Source: Isurus oxyrinchus (Eukaryota). From it: DNA of 64,000 nucleotides. The position numbers were made by a program, and so were the translations under genes. Below are positions 29,801 through 42,000 of this stretch, in pieces. Within the stretch, counting starts at the first letter, position 1, and each line of letters starts with the position of its first letter. Under the pieces are notes generated by a model. That model was not told the origin of the DNA. It worked only from the letters and a program-made list of their open reading frames with translations, and made no database searches. The DNA lies in assembly GCA_026770705.1 (NCBI GenBank), contig JANJGN010000010.1, positions 94,488,001 through 94,552,000 of the forward strand, given 5' to 3'.

Positions 29801-32672
29801 ACACCCTCAGGGTTGGTCCAGATCCACACAGCCTCAGCATTAACCCCGATCCCCCACCCCACACTCCAGATATGCACTGATCCACACACACTGAGGATTG
29901 ATCCTGATCCACACAATCTGATGATTGATCTTGATCAAAACACTCTCAGGATTAATCCTGATCCACACACTCACAGGATTCATACTGATCGACAAAATCT
30001 CAGGATTGATCCTGATCACCCATGCTCACAGGTTTGATCCTGATCCCCACACCTTCAGGATTGACCCTGATCCCCCACCCTCTTAGGTTTGATCCTGAAC
30101 CCCACAACATCAGGACTGATCCTGATGCACAACTTCTCAGGATTGATCCTGATGCACATATTCTCAGGATGGATCCTGATCCAGACTCTCTCAGAATTGA
30201 TTCTGATCCGCAAGCACACTCAGAATTTACCATGGTCCACATGCTGTCAGGATTGATCCTGATCCACACACTCTCAGAATTGATCCTGATCCACAAACAG
30301 TCAGGACTGATCCTGATCCACCACACTCAGGATTGACCCTGATCCCACACACCCTCAGGGTTGGTCCAGAACCATACAGTTTCAGCATTAACCGCGATCC
30401 CCCGCCCTAAACTCCAGATTGGCACTGATCCACAGATTCTGAGGATTGATCCTGATCCACACACTCTGATGATTGATCTTGATCAAAAGACTCTCAGGAT
30501 TAATCTTGATCCACACAGCCACAGGATTGATACTGATCGACAAACTCTCAGGATTGATCCTGATCCCCCATCCTCACAGGTTTGATCCTGATCCACACAC
30601 CTTCAGGATTGATCGAGATGCACAACTTCTCAGGTTTGATCCTGATCCCCACAACTTCAGGATTGACCCTGATGCCCGACACTCTCAGGTTTGAACCTGA
30701 ACCCCACACCATCAGGATTGATCCAGATTCACTACTTTTCAGGATTGATCCTGATGCAGACACTCTCAGGGTGAATCATGATCCAGACTCTCTCAGAATT
30801 GATTCTGATCTGCACACACACGCAGAATTGATCCTGACCCACACGCTGACAGGGTTGATCCTGATCCATACACTCTATGGATTGATGCTGATCCACACAA
30901 TCTCAGGATTGATCTGTTTCCACAAACTCTCTGGATTCACCATGATCCACACACTGGCATGATTAAACCTGATCCCCATCACTCTTAAAAATGAAACTGA
31001 TCCACACACTCTCAGCATTGATCCTGATTCACACATTCACAGAATTGAGCCTAATGCACACACTCTCAGTTTTGATCATGATCAACACACTCTCAGGATT
31101 GATTTTGATTTACACTTGCTGAGCATTGATCATGATTCCCCACACTCTGTGGACTGATCCTAATCCCCTTGCCTTCATGATAGTCCCTGGTCCCCCACAC
31201 TCTCTGCAGTGATTCTGATCCACACACTCACAGGAGGGATCCTGATCTACACACTCTCAGGATAAATCTGGATCGACACACTCTCAGGATTGATCCTGAT
31301 CCACACAGTGTCAGGACAGATCCTGATCCTCCGCACTCAGTATTGACCTTGATCCCACACACTCTCAGGTGTGATCCAGATCAACACATCTCAGGATTTA
31401 CCCTGATCCACACCCCCACCCGGCACTCTTGTTTGGCACTGATCCACACACTCTGAGGATTGATATTGATCCACACACCCTCAGGATTGATCTTGAACAA
31501 AACACTCTCAGGATTAAACCTGATCCACACACGTTCAGGTTTTAGCCTGATGCACACACTCACAGGATTCATCCTGCTGCACACACTCTCAGGATTGATC
31601 ATGTTTCCTCCAACTCTGTGGATTGATCCTGATTCTCTTGCCTTCATGATAGTTGCTCTTCCTCCACACTCGCTGGATTGATCCTGATCCAAACACTCTC
31701 AGGATTGCTATTGATCCACACACACTGTCAGGACAGATCCTGATCCACACAATATCTGGATTCCTCATGATCCAAACAATCTCAGGATTGATCCAAATCC
31801 ACCAACCTTCTGGATTGATCCCGATCACGCCCCTCTCAGGCTTGATCCTGAACCCCACACTAACAGGTTTGATCCTGTTGCACACACTCTCAGGATTGAT
31901 CCTCATGCACACACTCTCAGAAATGATCTTTATCCAGACACACTCAGAATTGATTCTGATCTGCACACACTCTCATGATTGATCTGTTTCCACACAGTTA
32001 GGAATAATCCTGTTCCAGCCACTCTCATGATTGATGCTGATCCACAGCCTCTGTGGAATCACCATGATCCACACACTGTCATCATTAACTCTGATCCCCC
32101 AAAATCTTAAAAATGAAACTGATCCACACACATTTCAGGGTTGATCCTGATCCACACACTCACAGGATTGATCCTGATGCATACGCTCTCAGGATTGACC
32201 TGATCAACAGACCCTCAGGATGGATTTTGATTCACACATGCTAAGCATTAAACCTGATCCCCCAGCAGACACTCCAGATAGGCGCTGATCCACTCGCTGA
32301 GGATTGATCCTGATTGACACACTCTGAGGATTGTTCTTGATCAAAACTCTCTCAGGATTAATCCTGATCCACAGACTCTCAGGGTTGATCCTGATCGACA
32401 CACTCACAGGATTGATCATGATCAATTCTTGGGATTGATCCTGATGCACTCTCTCAGGATTGATACTGAAAACACACTCTCAGGATTGATCCTGATTCTC
32501 ACTCTCTAAGGATTGATCATGATCCCCCACACACTATGGATAGATCCTGATCCCCTTGCCTTCATGATAGATGCAGGTCCCCCACACACTCTCGTTTGAT
32601 CCATTGCAAGCACTCTCAGTATTGATCCTGATGCACACAGTCTCAGGGTTGAGCCTGATCCAGACTCTCTCA

Positions 32673-32798
32673 GTCCTTGGCTTACTGCATTGTTCCAGTG
32701 AAGCCCAACGCAAACTGGAGGAACAACACCTCATCTTCCGACTAGGCACCTTACAGCCTTCCGGTCTGAATATTGAATTCAATAACTTTAGGTCGTGA
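32673..32798 (+). pseudogene. C-terminal 41 codons of a PLE GIY-YIG endonuclease domain (fragment; no RT and no GIY-YIG motif retained)
   Basis: VLGLLHCSSEAQRKLEEQHLIFRLGTLQPSGLNIEFNNFRS*. It matches the R-x-x-x-E-x-x-x-I-x-x-L-x-T-L-x-P-x-G-L-N signature at the end of PLE GIY-YIG domains, including the conserved Glu and Asn. Recognised from family knowledge, not from a search. Confidence 0.85.
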
Positions 32799-33102
32799 GC
32801 TCCCTCCCCCATCCCCACCCCCTTTCTGTTTCCCCCTTTTTTCCCCCTTTTTTTTCCCTATAAATTTTACAGATTTTTCTTTTCCCACTTATTTTTAAAT
32901 ATTTTAAAATCTTTTATGCTCCCCCCACCCCCACTAGAGCTGTACCTTGAGTGTCCTACCATCCATTCTTAATTAGCACATTCGTTTAGATAATGTCACC
33001 AACTTTAACTTTAACACCTATGTGTTCTTTTGTCCCATTGTCACTGACATCTTTTGATGATCTGCTTCTATCACTGCTTGTTTGTCTACACAAGCACCTC
33101 TG

Positions 33103-33121
33103 TCTCTCTCTCTCTCTCCGC

Positions 33122-33155
<34 letters not shown>
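33103..33155 (+). repeat. (TC)n followed by a C33 homopolymer (33123-33155) inside the PLE 3' region; G-quadruplex potential on the minus strand
   Basis: TCTCTCTCTCTCTCTCCGCA followed by 33 consecutive C. Confidence 0.92.
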
Positions 33156-33205
33156 ACACACCTTAAACCAGCTTATATTTCAACTCTTTCCTGGACTCGA
33201 AATCA

Positions 33206-33244
33206 AGTTCTGTCGAAGGGTCATGAAGACTCGAAACGTCAACT
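33206..33244 (+). ncRNA. Minimal type I hammerhead-ribozyme-like motif of the PLE terminal region, variant core (CUGUCGA)
   Basis: Stem I AGUU (33206-09)/AACU (33241-44). Core CUGUCGA-A (33210-17). Stem II GGGUC (33218-22)/GACUC (33228-32) with loop AUGAA. GAAA (33233-36). Palindromic minimal stem III ACGU. Putative cleavage triplet GUC ending at 33240. Confidence 0.7.
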
Positions 33245-34299
33245 CTTTTCTTCTCCGCCGATGCTGCCAGACCTGCTGAGTTTTTCCAGGTAATTCTGTT
33301 TTTGTTTTGGATTTCCAGCATCCGCAGTTTTCTTTGTTTTCATCTCTCAGAATTGATCCTGATCCACACATTTTGAGGATTGATCCTGATCCACACATTT
33401 TGAGGATTGATGCTGATCCACACCATCTCAGAATTGTTTGCTATCCACACACTCCTAGGAATAATCCTGTACCAATGACTCTCAGGCTTCATCCTGATCA
33501 ACACACTCAAGATTTACCATAATCCACACACTGGCATGATTAACCCTGATCCCCATCACACTCATAAATTGAACTGATCTACATTCTCAGGATTGATAAT
33601 GATCCACACACTCTCAGGATTGACCCTGATCCAAGCACTCAGGATTGACCCTGATCCCACACACGCTCAAGGAAGGTCCAGATTCACACAGCCTCAGTAT
33701 TAAACATAATTCCCCACCCCACACTCCAGATTGGCACTGATCCACATACTGTCAGGACTGATCCTGATCCTCCGCACACAGTATTGACCCTGATCCCACC
33801 ATCTCTCAGTGTTGATCCAGATCCACACTCTTAGCATTAACCCTGAAACCCACCCCCACCCCGCACTCTGGATTGGCACTGATCCAGTCACTCTGAGGAT
33901 TGATCCTGATCCACACACACTCAGAATTGATCTTGAACAAAACACTCTCAGGATTAATACTGAACCACAGATTCTCAGGGTTGATCCTAATCTAAAGACT
34001 CACAAGATTGATCCTGATGCACACATTCTCAGGATTGATCCTGATGTGAACAGACTCAGGATTGCTCCTGATTCTCATTCTCTTAGGATTAGTCATGATC
34101 CCCCACACTCTGTGGATTGATCCTGATCCCCTTGCCTTCATGATTGTGTCTGGTCCGCCACACACTCTCGATTGATCCTGATGCACACACTCTCAGGGTT
34201 GAGCCTGATCCAGACTCTCACAGAATTGATTCTGATCCGCACACACTCTCAGGATTTATCCTGATCCACACACGCTCTGGATTGATGTTGATCCACACA

Positions 34300-37200
34300 A
34301 AATCAGAATTGATTGCTGACCATGCACTACTAGGAATAATCCTGTACCAACCACTCTTAGTCTTGATCCTGATCAACACACTCTTAGGATTCACCATAAT
34401 CTACACAATGGCATGATTAACCCTGATCCAGATCACTCTCAGAAATGAAACTGATCTACATACTCAGGATTGATCATGGTCCAAACATTCTCAGGATTGA
34501 TCCTGATCAACAAACTCTCAGAATTGATCCTGATCCACAAACAGTCAAGCCTGATCCTTATCCACCGCACTCTGGATTGACCCTGATCCCACACACTCTC
34601 AGGTTTGGTCCAGATCCACACAGCCTCATCATTAACACCGATCCCCCGCCCCACACTCTAGATTGGAACTGCTCCACACACTCTGAGGATTGATCCCGAT
34701 CCACACACTCTGAGGGTTGATCTTGATCAAAACACTCTCAGGATTAATCCTGATCCACACACTCAAAGGATTGATACTGATCGACACACTCTCAGGATTG
34801 ATCCTGATCCCCCATCCTCACAGGTTTGATCCTGATGCCCACACCTTCAGGATTGACCCTGATCCACTGCCTTCTCATGTTTGATCCTGAAACCCACACC
34901 ATCAGGATTGATCCAGATGCACAACATCTCAGGATTGAACCTTATGCACATACTCTCAGGGTGGATCCTGACCAGACTCTCTCAGAATTGATTCTGATCT
35001 GTACACACACTCAGGATTGACCCTGATCCACACACTCTCAGTATTGAACCTGATCCACACAGTCTATGGATTGTTACTGATCCACACAATCTCAGGATTG
35101 ATCCATTTCCACACACTATTAGGAATAATTCTGTTCCAGCCACTCTCAGGATTGATCCTGATCCAAAAACTCTCTGGATTCACCATGATCCACACACTGG
35201 CATGATTAAACCTGATCCCCATCACTCTTAAAAATGAAATTGATTCACACACTCTCAGCGCTGATCTTGATCCACACATTCATGGGATTGTTTCTGATGC
35301 ACATGCCGTCAGTCTTGATCATGATCAACACACTATCAAGATTGATTTTGATTCACACTTGCTAAGCATTGATCATGATTCCCCACACTCTGTGGATTGA
35401 TCCTGATCCCCTTGCCTTCATGATAGTCCCTGGTCCCCCACACTCTCTGCAGTGATCCTGATCCACACACTGACAGGATGGAACCTTATCCACAAACTCT
35501 AAGGATGAATCTGGATCCACATACTCTCAGGATTGATACTGATCCACATACTGTCAGGACTGATCCTGATCCTCCACACTCAGTATTGACCCTGATCCCA
35601 CAAACTCTCAAGGTTGATCCAGATCCACACAGTCTTAGGATTAAACCTGAAACCCACCCCCAACCTGCACTCTGGATCGGCACTGATCCAGTCACTCTGA
35701 GGATTGATCCTGATCCACACATCCTCAGGATTGATCTTGAACAAAACACTCTCAGGATTAAACATGATCCACGCACATTCAGGGTCGATCCTGAAGCTCA
35801 CACCATCAGGATTGATCCTACTGCATACACTCTTAGGGTTGATCCTAATGCACACACTCTCAGGGTTGCTCCTGATCCAGATTCACTCAGAATTGATTCT
35901 GATCTGCACACTCTTACGATTGATCCATTTCCACACATTGTTAGGAATAATCCTGTTCCAGCCACTCTCATTTTTGATGCTGATCCACAGATTGTCTGGA
36001 TTCACCATGATCCACAGACTGGCATGATTAACTCTGATCTGCATCACTCTTAAAAATGAAACTGATCCACACGCTCTCAGGGTTGATCTTGATCCACACA
36101 CTCACAGGATTTATCCTGATGCACACGCTCTCAGGATTGATCCTGATCAAAAGACTCTCATTATTGATTTTGATTCACACATGCTAAGCATTAAAAAGGA
36201 TCCCCCGCCCAACACTCCAAATTGGCACTGATCCACTCTCTGAGGATTGGTCCTGATCCACACACTCTGAGGATTGATCTTGATCAAAACACTCTCAGGA
36301 TTAATACTGAACCACAGACTCTCAGGGATGATCCTGATCGATAGACACACAGGATTGATCCTGATGCACACTCTCTCAGGATTGATCCAGATTCTCACTC
36401 TCTTAGGATTAATCATGATCCCCCACACTCTGTGGATTGATCCTGATCCCCTTGCCTTCATGATTGTCCCTGGTCCCCCACACACTCTCAGTTGATCCTG
36501 TTCCACACTCTCAGGATTGATCCTGATGCAAACACTCTCGGAGTTGATCCTGATCCAGACTCTCTCAGAATTGAGTCTGATCCACACCCTCTCTCAGGAT
36601 TGATCCTGATCCACACACTTTGAGGATTGATCCTGATCCACACACTCTCTGGATTGATGCTGATCCACACAATCTCAGGATTGATTGCTTACCACACACT
36701 CCTAGGAATAATCTTGTACCAACCATGCTTAGTCTTGGTCCTGATCAACACACTATCAGAATTCACCATAATCCACACAATGGCATGATTAAACCTGATC
36801 CCCATCACTCTGAGAAATGAAGCTGATCTACATTCTCAGGATTGATCATGATCCACACATTCTCTGGATTGATCCTGATCAACAAACTCTCAGAATTGAT
36901 CCTTATCCACAAACAGTCCGGACTGATCCTGATCCAATGTACTCAGGATTGACCCTGATCCCACACACTCTCAGGGTTGGTCCAGATCCACACAGCCTCA
37001 GCATTAACCCCAATCCCCCGCCCCACACTCTAGTTTGGAACTAATCCACACACTCTGAGGATTGATCTTGATCCACACACTCTGAGGATTGATCTTGATC
37101 AAAACACTCGCAGGTTTAATCCTGATCCACACACTCACAGGATTGATACTGATCAACACACTCTCAGGATTGATCCTGATCCCCCATCCTCACAGGTTTG

Positions 37201-39000
37201 ATCCTGATCCCCACACCTTCAGGATTGACCCTGATGCCCCAAACTCTCAGGTTTGATCCTGAACCCCACACCATCAGGATTGATCCAGATGCACAACTTC
37301 TCAGGTTTGATCCTGATGCAGACACTCTCAGGGTGGATCCTGATCCAGACTCTCTCAGAATTGATTCTGATCCGCACACACACTCATAATTGACCCTGAT
37401 CCACACACTCTCAAGTTTGATCATTATCCACACACTCTATGGATTGATGCTGATCCACACAATCTCAGGATTGATCCATTTCCACACACTCTTAGGAACA
37501 ATTCTGTTCCAGCCACTCTCAGGATTGATCCTGATCCACAAAATCTCTGGATTCACCATGATGCACAGACTGGCATGAATAAACCTGATCCCTATCACTC
37601 TTAAGAATGAAACTGATTCGCACACTCAGCATTGATCTTGATACACACACTCACAGGATTGTTCCTGATGCACGTGCTCTCAGTTTTGATCATGATCAAC
37701 ACACTATCAAGATTGATTTTGATTCACACTTGCTAAGCATTGATCATGATTCCCCACACTCTGTGGATTGATCCTGATCCCCTTGCCTTCATGATAGTCC
37801 CTGGTCCCCCACACTCTCTGCAGTGATCCTGATCCACACACCAACAGGACGGAACCTTATCCACAAACTCTCAGGATAAATCCTGATCCACATACTCTCA
37901 GGATTGATACTGATTCACATACTGTCAGGGCTGATCCTGATCCTCCGCACTCAGTATTGACCCTGATCACACACACTCTCAGGGTTGATCCAGATCCACA
38001 CACTCTCACAATTAACCATGAAAACCACCCCCAGCCCGCACTCTGGATTGGCACTGATCCAGTCACTCTGAGGATTGATCCTGATCCACACACCCTCAAA
38101 ATTGATCTTGAACAAATCAGTCTCAGGATTTAAACTGATCCACACACGTTCAGGGTTGATCCTGAACGCCACAACATCAGGATTGATCCTGATGCACACA
38201 CTCTTAGGGTTGATGCTGATGAACACACTCTCGGGGTTGCTCCTGATCCAGATTCACTCAGAATTGATTCTAATCCGCACACACCCTCATGATTGATCCA
38301 TTTCCACACACTGTTAGGAATAATCCTGTTCCAGCCACTCTCATGATTTATGGTGATCCACAGACTCTCTGGATTCACCATGATCCACACACTGGCATGA
38401 TTCACCCTGATCCCCATCACTCTTATAAATGAAACTGATCCACATGCTCTCAGGGTTGATCCTGATCCACACCTTCACAGGATTGATCCTGATGCAGACG
38501 CTCTCAGGATTGATCCTGATCAACAGACACTCATGATTGATTTTGATTCAGAGATGCTAAGCTTTAAAGCTGATCCCCCACCCCACACTCCAGATTGCCA
38601 CTGATCCACTCTCTGAGGATTGATCTGATCAAAACGCTTTCAGGATTAATACTGAACCACAGACTCTCAGGTTTGATCCTGATCGACAGACTCACTGGAT
38701 TGATCCTGATGCACACAATCTCAGGATTGATACTGACCACACACTCTCAGGATTGATCCAGATTCTCATTCTCTCAGGATTGATCATGATCCCCCACATT
38801 CTGTGGATTGATCCTGATCCCCTTGCCTTCATGATAGACCCTGGTCTCCCACACACTCTCGATTGATCCTGTTCCACACACTCTCAGGATTGATCCTGAT
38901 GCACACACTCTCAGGGTTGATCCTGATCCAGACTCTCTCAGAATTGAGTCTGATCTGCACACACACTCAGGATTGATCCTGATGCACACACTCTCAGGGT
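34300..39000 (+). repeat. Diverged dimer of a ~2,371-bp higher-order unit; related partial copies at ~29.6-34.3 kb and ~41.4-46.2 kb
   Basis: GGAACCTTATCCACAAACTCT at 35480 and 37851; GATCCAGTCACTCTGAGG at 35685 and 38056 (also 33881); AGAAATGAA(A/G)CTGATCTACAT at ~34441 and ~36813. Confidence 0.82.
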
Positions 39001-42000
39001 GGATTCTGCCCAGTAATCTCTCAGAATTGATTCTGATCTGCACACACGCTCAGGATTGACCATGATCCACACACTCTCAGGATTGACACTGACTACACAC
39101 TCTCAGGATTGATCCTGATTGTCACTCTCTCAGGATTGATCTTGATCCCCCACACTCTGTGGATTGATCCTGATCCCCATGCCTTCATGATAGTCCCTGG
39201 TCCCCAACACTCTCTCGAATGATCCTGATCCACATACTCTCAGTAATGATACTGATCCACACACACTGACAGGTTTGATGCTGATGCACATAATCTCAGA
39301 ATTGATACTGATGCACACACTCTCAGGAGTGATCCTGATCCACACACTCTCAGGATTCACCATAATCCACACACTGGTATGATTAGCCCTGATCCCCATC
39401 ACTCTCATTGATCATGATTCCCCACACCATCAGGATTGATCCTGATGCATACACTCTCAGGGTGGCTCCTGATCCAGAATCTCTCAGGATTGATCCTGAT
39501 GCACACACTCTCAGGGTTGCTCAAGATCCAGACACACTCAGATCTGCACACACTCTCACGATTGATCCATTTACACACACTCTTAGGAATAATCCTGTTC
39601 CAGCCGCTCTCATGATTGATCCTGATCCACACATTCTCTGGATACACCATGATCCACAGACTGGCATGATTAACCCTGATCCCCATCACTCTTAAAAGTG
39701 AAACTGATCCACACCCTCTCGGGGTTGATCCTGATCAACACACTCACAGGATTGATCCTGATGCACCTGCTCTCAGGATTGATCCTGATCAACAGACTCT
39801 CAGGATTGATTTTGATTCACATATACTAAGCATTGATTATGATTCCCCACACTCTGTGGTTTGATCCTGATCCCTTTGCCTTCATGATAGTCCCTGGTCC
39901 CCCAAACCGTCTGCAGTGATTCTGATCCACACACTCACAGGAGGGAACCTGATCACACAATCTCAAGATCAATCCTGATCCACACACTTTAAGGATTGAT
40001 CCTGATCCACACACTCTATGGATTGATGCTGATCCACACAATCTCAGGATTGATCTGTTTCCACACACTTTGAGGATTAATCCTGTTCCAGCCATTGTCA
40101 GGATTGATCCTGATCCAAACACTCTCTGGATTCACCATGAACCACACACGAGCATGATTAAACCTGATCCGCATTACTCTTAAAAATGAAACTGATCCAC
40201 ACACACTCAGCGTTGATCCTGATCCACACACTCACAGGATTGATCCTGAAGCTCACGTTCTCAGTTTTGATCATGATCAACACACTCTCAGGATTAATTT
40301 TGATTCACACTTGCTAAGCATTGAACATGATTCCCCACACCCTGTGGATTGATCCTGATCCCCTTGCCTTCATGATAGACCTTGGTCTCCCTCACTCTCT
40401 GCAATGATCCTAATCAACACATTCACAGGATTGATCCTGATCCACACACTGTCAGTACTGATAGTGATCTTCCGTATTCAGTTTTGACCCTGATCCACAA
40501 ACTCACAGGATTAATCCTGATGCACACGCTCTTAGGATTGATCCTGATCAACATATTCTCAGGATTGATTTTGAATCACACATGCACAGCAGTGATCACG
40601 ATTCCCCAAACTCTATGGATTGGTCCTGATCCTCTTGGCTTCATGATAGTCCCTGGTCCCCCACACTCTCTTCAATGATCCTGATTGACACACTCACAGG
40701 ACGGAACTTGATCCACACACTCTCGGGAAAAATCCTGATCCACACACTGTCAGGACTGACCCTGATCCTCCGCACTCATTATGGACCCAGATCCCACACA
40801 CTCTCAGGGTTGATCCAGATCCACACACTGTCATCATTAACCCTCATCCCCACATTCCACCCCCCCCCACCCCCACCCCCACCCCCACCCCCACACCTGC
40901 AGTCTGGATTGGCACTGATCCACATACTCTAAGAATTGATCCTGATCAACACACTCACAGGATTGATCCTGATGCACACATTCTCAGGATTGATCCTGAT
41001 GCAGACACTCTCAAGATTGATACTGACCACACAATCTCAGGATTGATCCTGCTTCTCACTCTCTCAGGACTGATCATGATCCCCCAAACTCTGTGGATTG
41101 ATTATGTTCTCCATGCCTTCATGATAGTCCCTGGCCCCCCATTCTCTCTTGATTGATTCTGATCCACACATTCTCAGTATTGATACTGATCCACATACAC
41201 TGTCAGCTTTTATCCTGAACTGCACACCATCAGGATTGATACTGATGCACACACTCTCAGGGTAGATCCGAATCCAGACTCTCTCAGAATTGGTCCTGAT
41301 CCACACAATCTCTGGCTTGATGCTGATCCACACAATCTCAGGATTGATTGCAATCTACACACTCCTAGGAATAATCTGATACCAGCCACTATCAGACATA
41401 ATCCTGATCAACACACTCTCAGGATTCACCATAATCCACACACTGACATAATTAACCTGATCCCCATCACTCTCAGAAATGAAACTGGTCTACATACTCA
41501 GGCTTGATAATGATACCCACACTCTCAGGATTAATCCTGATCAACACACTCTCAGAATTGATCCTGATCCACAGTCAGGTCTGATCCTGATCCACCACAC
41601 TCAGGATTGACCCTGATCCAACACACTCTCAGGGTTGGTACAGATCCACACAGCCTCAGCATTAACCCTGATCCCCCACTCCACACTCCAGATTGGCACT
41701 GATCAAAACACTCTGAGGATTGATCCTGATCCACACACTATGAGTATTGATCTTGATTAAAACACTCTCAGGATTAATCCTGATGAACACACTCACAGGA
41801 TTGATACTGATTGACACACTCTAAGGATTGATCCTGATCCCCCATTCTCACAGGTTTGATGCTGATCCCCACACCTTCAAGATTAACCCTGAACCCCCAC
41901 CCTCTCAGGTTTGATCCTGAACCCCATACCATCAGGATTGATCCTGAAACACACACTCTCAGGGTGGATCCTGATCCAGACTCTCTCAGAATTGATTCTG

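Larger units (their letters stand above)
1..32673 (+). repeat. 27-bp satellite array, left arm (consensus CACACACTCTCAGGATTGATCCTGATC), diverged monomers organised in cassettes and local higher-order repeats
   Basis: CTCTCAGGATTGATCCTGATCCACACA recurs head-to-tail every ~27 bp (occasional shorter and 28/29-bp variants) in a single orientation. The ORF track shows 9-residue periodicity (HTLRIDPDP / TLSGLILIH / VWIRINPES / CGSGSILRV). Confidence 0.98.
32674..33342 (+). mobile_element. 5'-truncated Penelope-like retroelement (PLE), 669 bp, flanked by an 8-bp target-site duplication TCTCTCAG (32666-32673 and 33343-33350)
   Basis: Only non-satellite sequence in the window. It begins with the GIY-YIG C-terminal coding segment, followed by a pyrimidine-rich 3' region with a hammerhead-like motif and a T-rich end without poly(A). 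Removing the insert and one TSD copy restores the common satellite string CCAGACTCTCTCAGAATTGAT. Confidence 0.85.

Noticed and set aside
32571-32798. 75-aa ATG-initiated ORF fusing satellite sequence in frame to the GIY-YIG C-terminus
   Set aside because: The first 34 codons are satellite and an in-frame junction has a one-in-three chance. The fragment lacks the GIY-YIG motif and the catalytic Arg region, and there is no promoter evidence.
33054-33293. Proline-rich ORFs (33054-33293, 33082-33279) and other poly-Pro/poly-Gly ORFs
   Set aside because: These are translations of C homopolymers in non-coding sequence.
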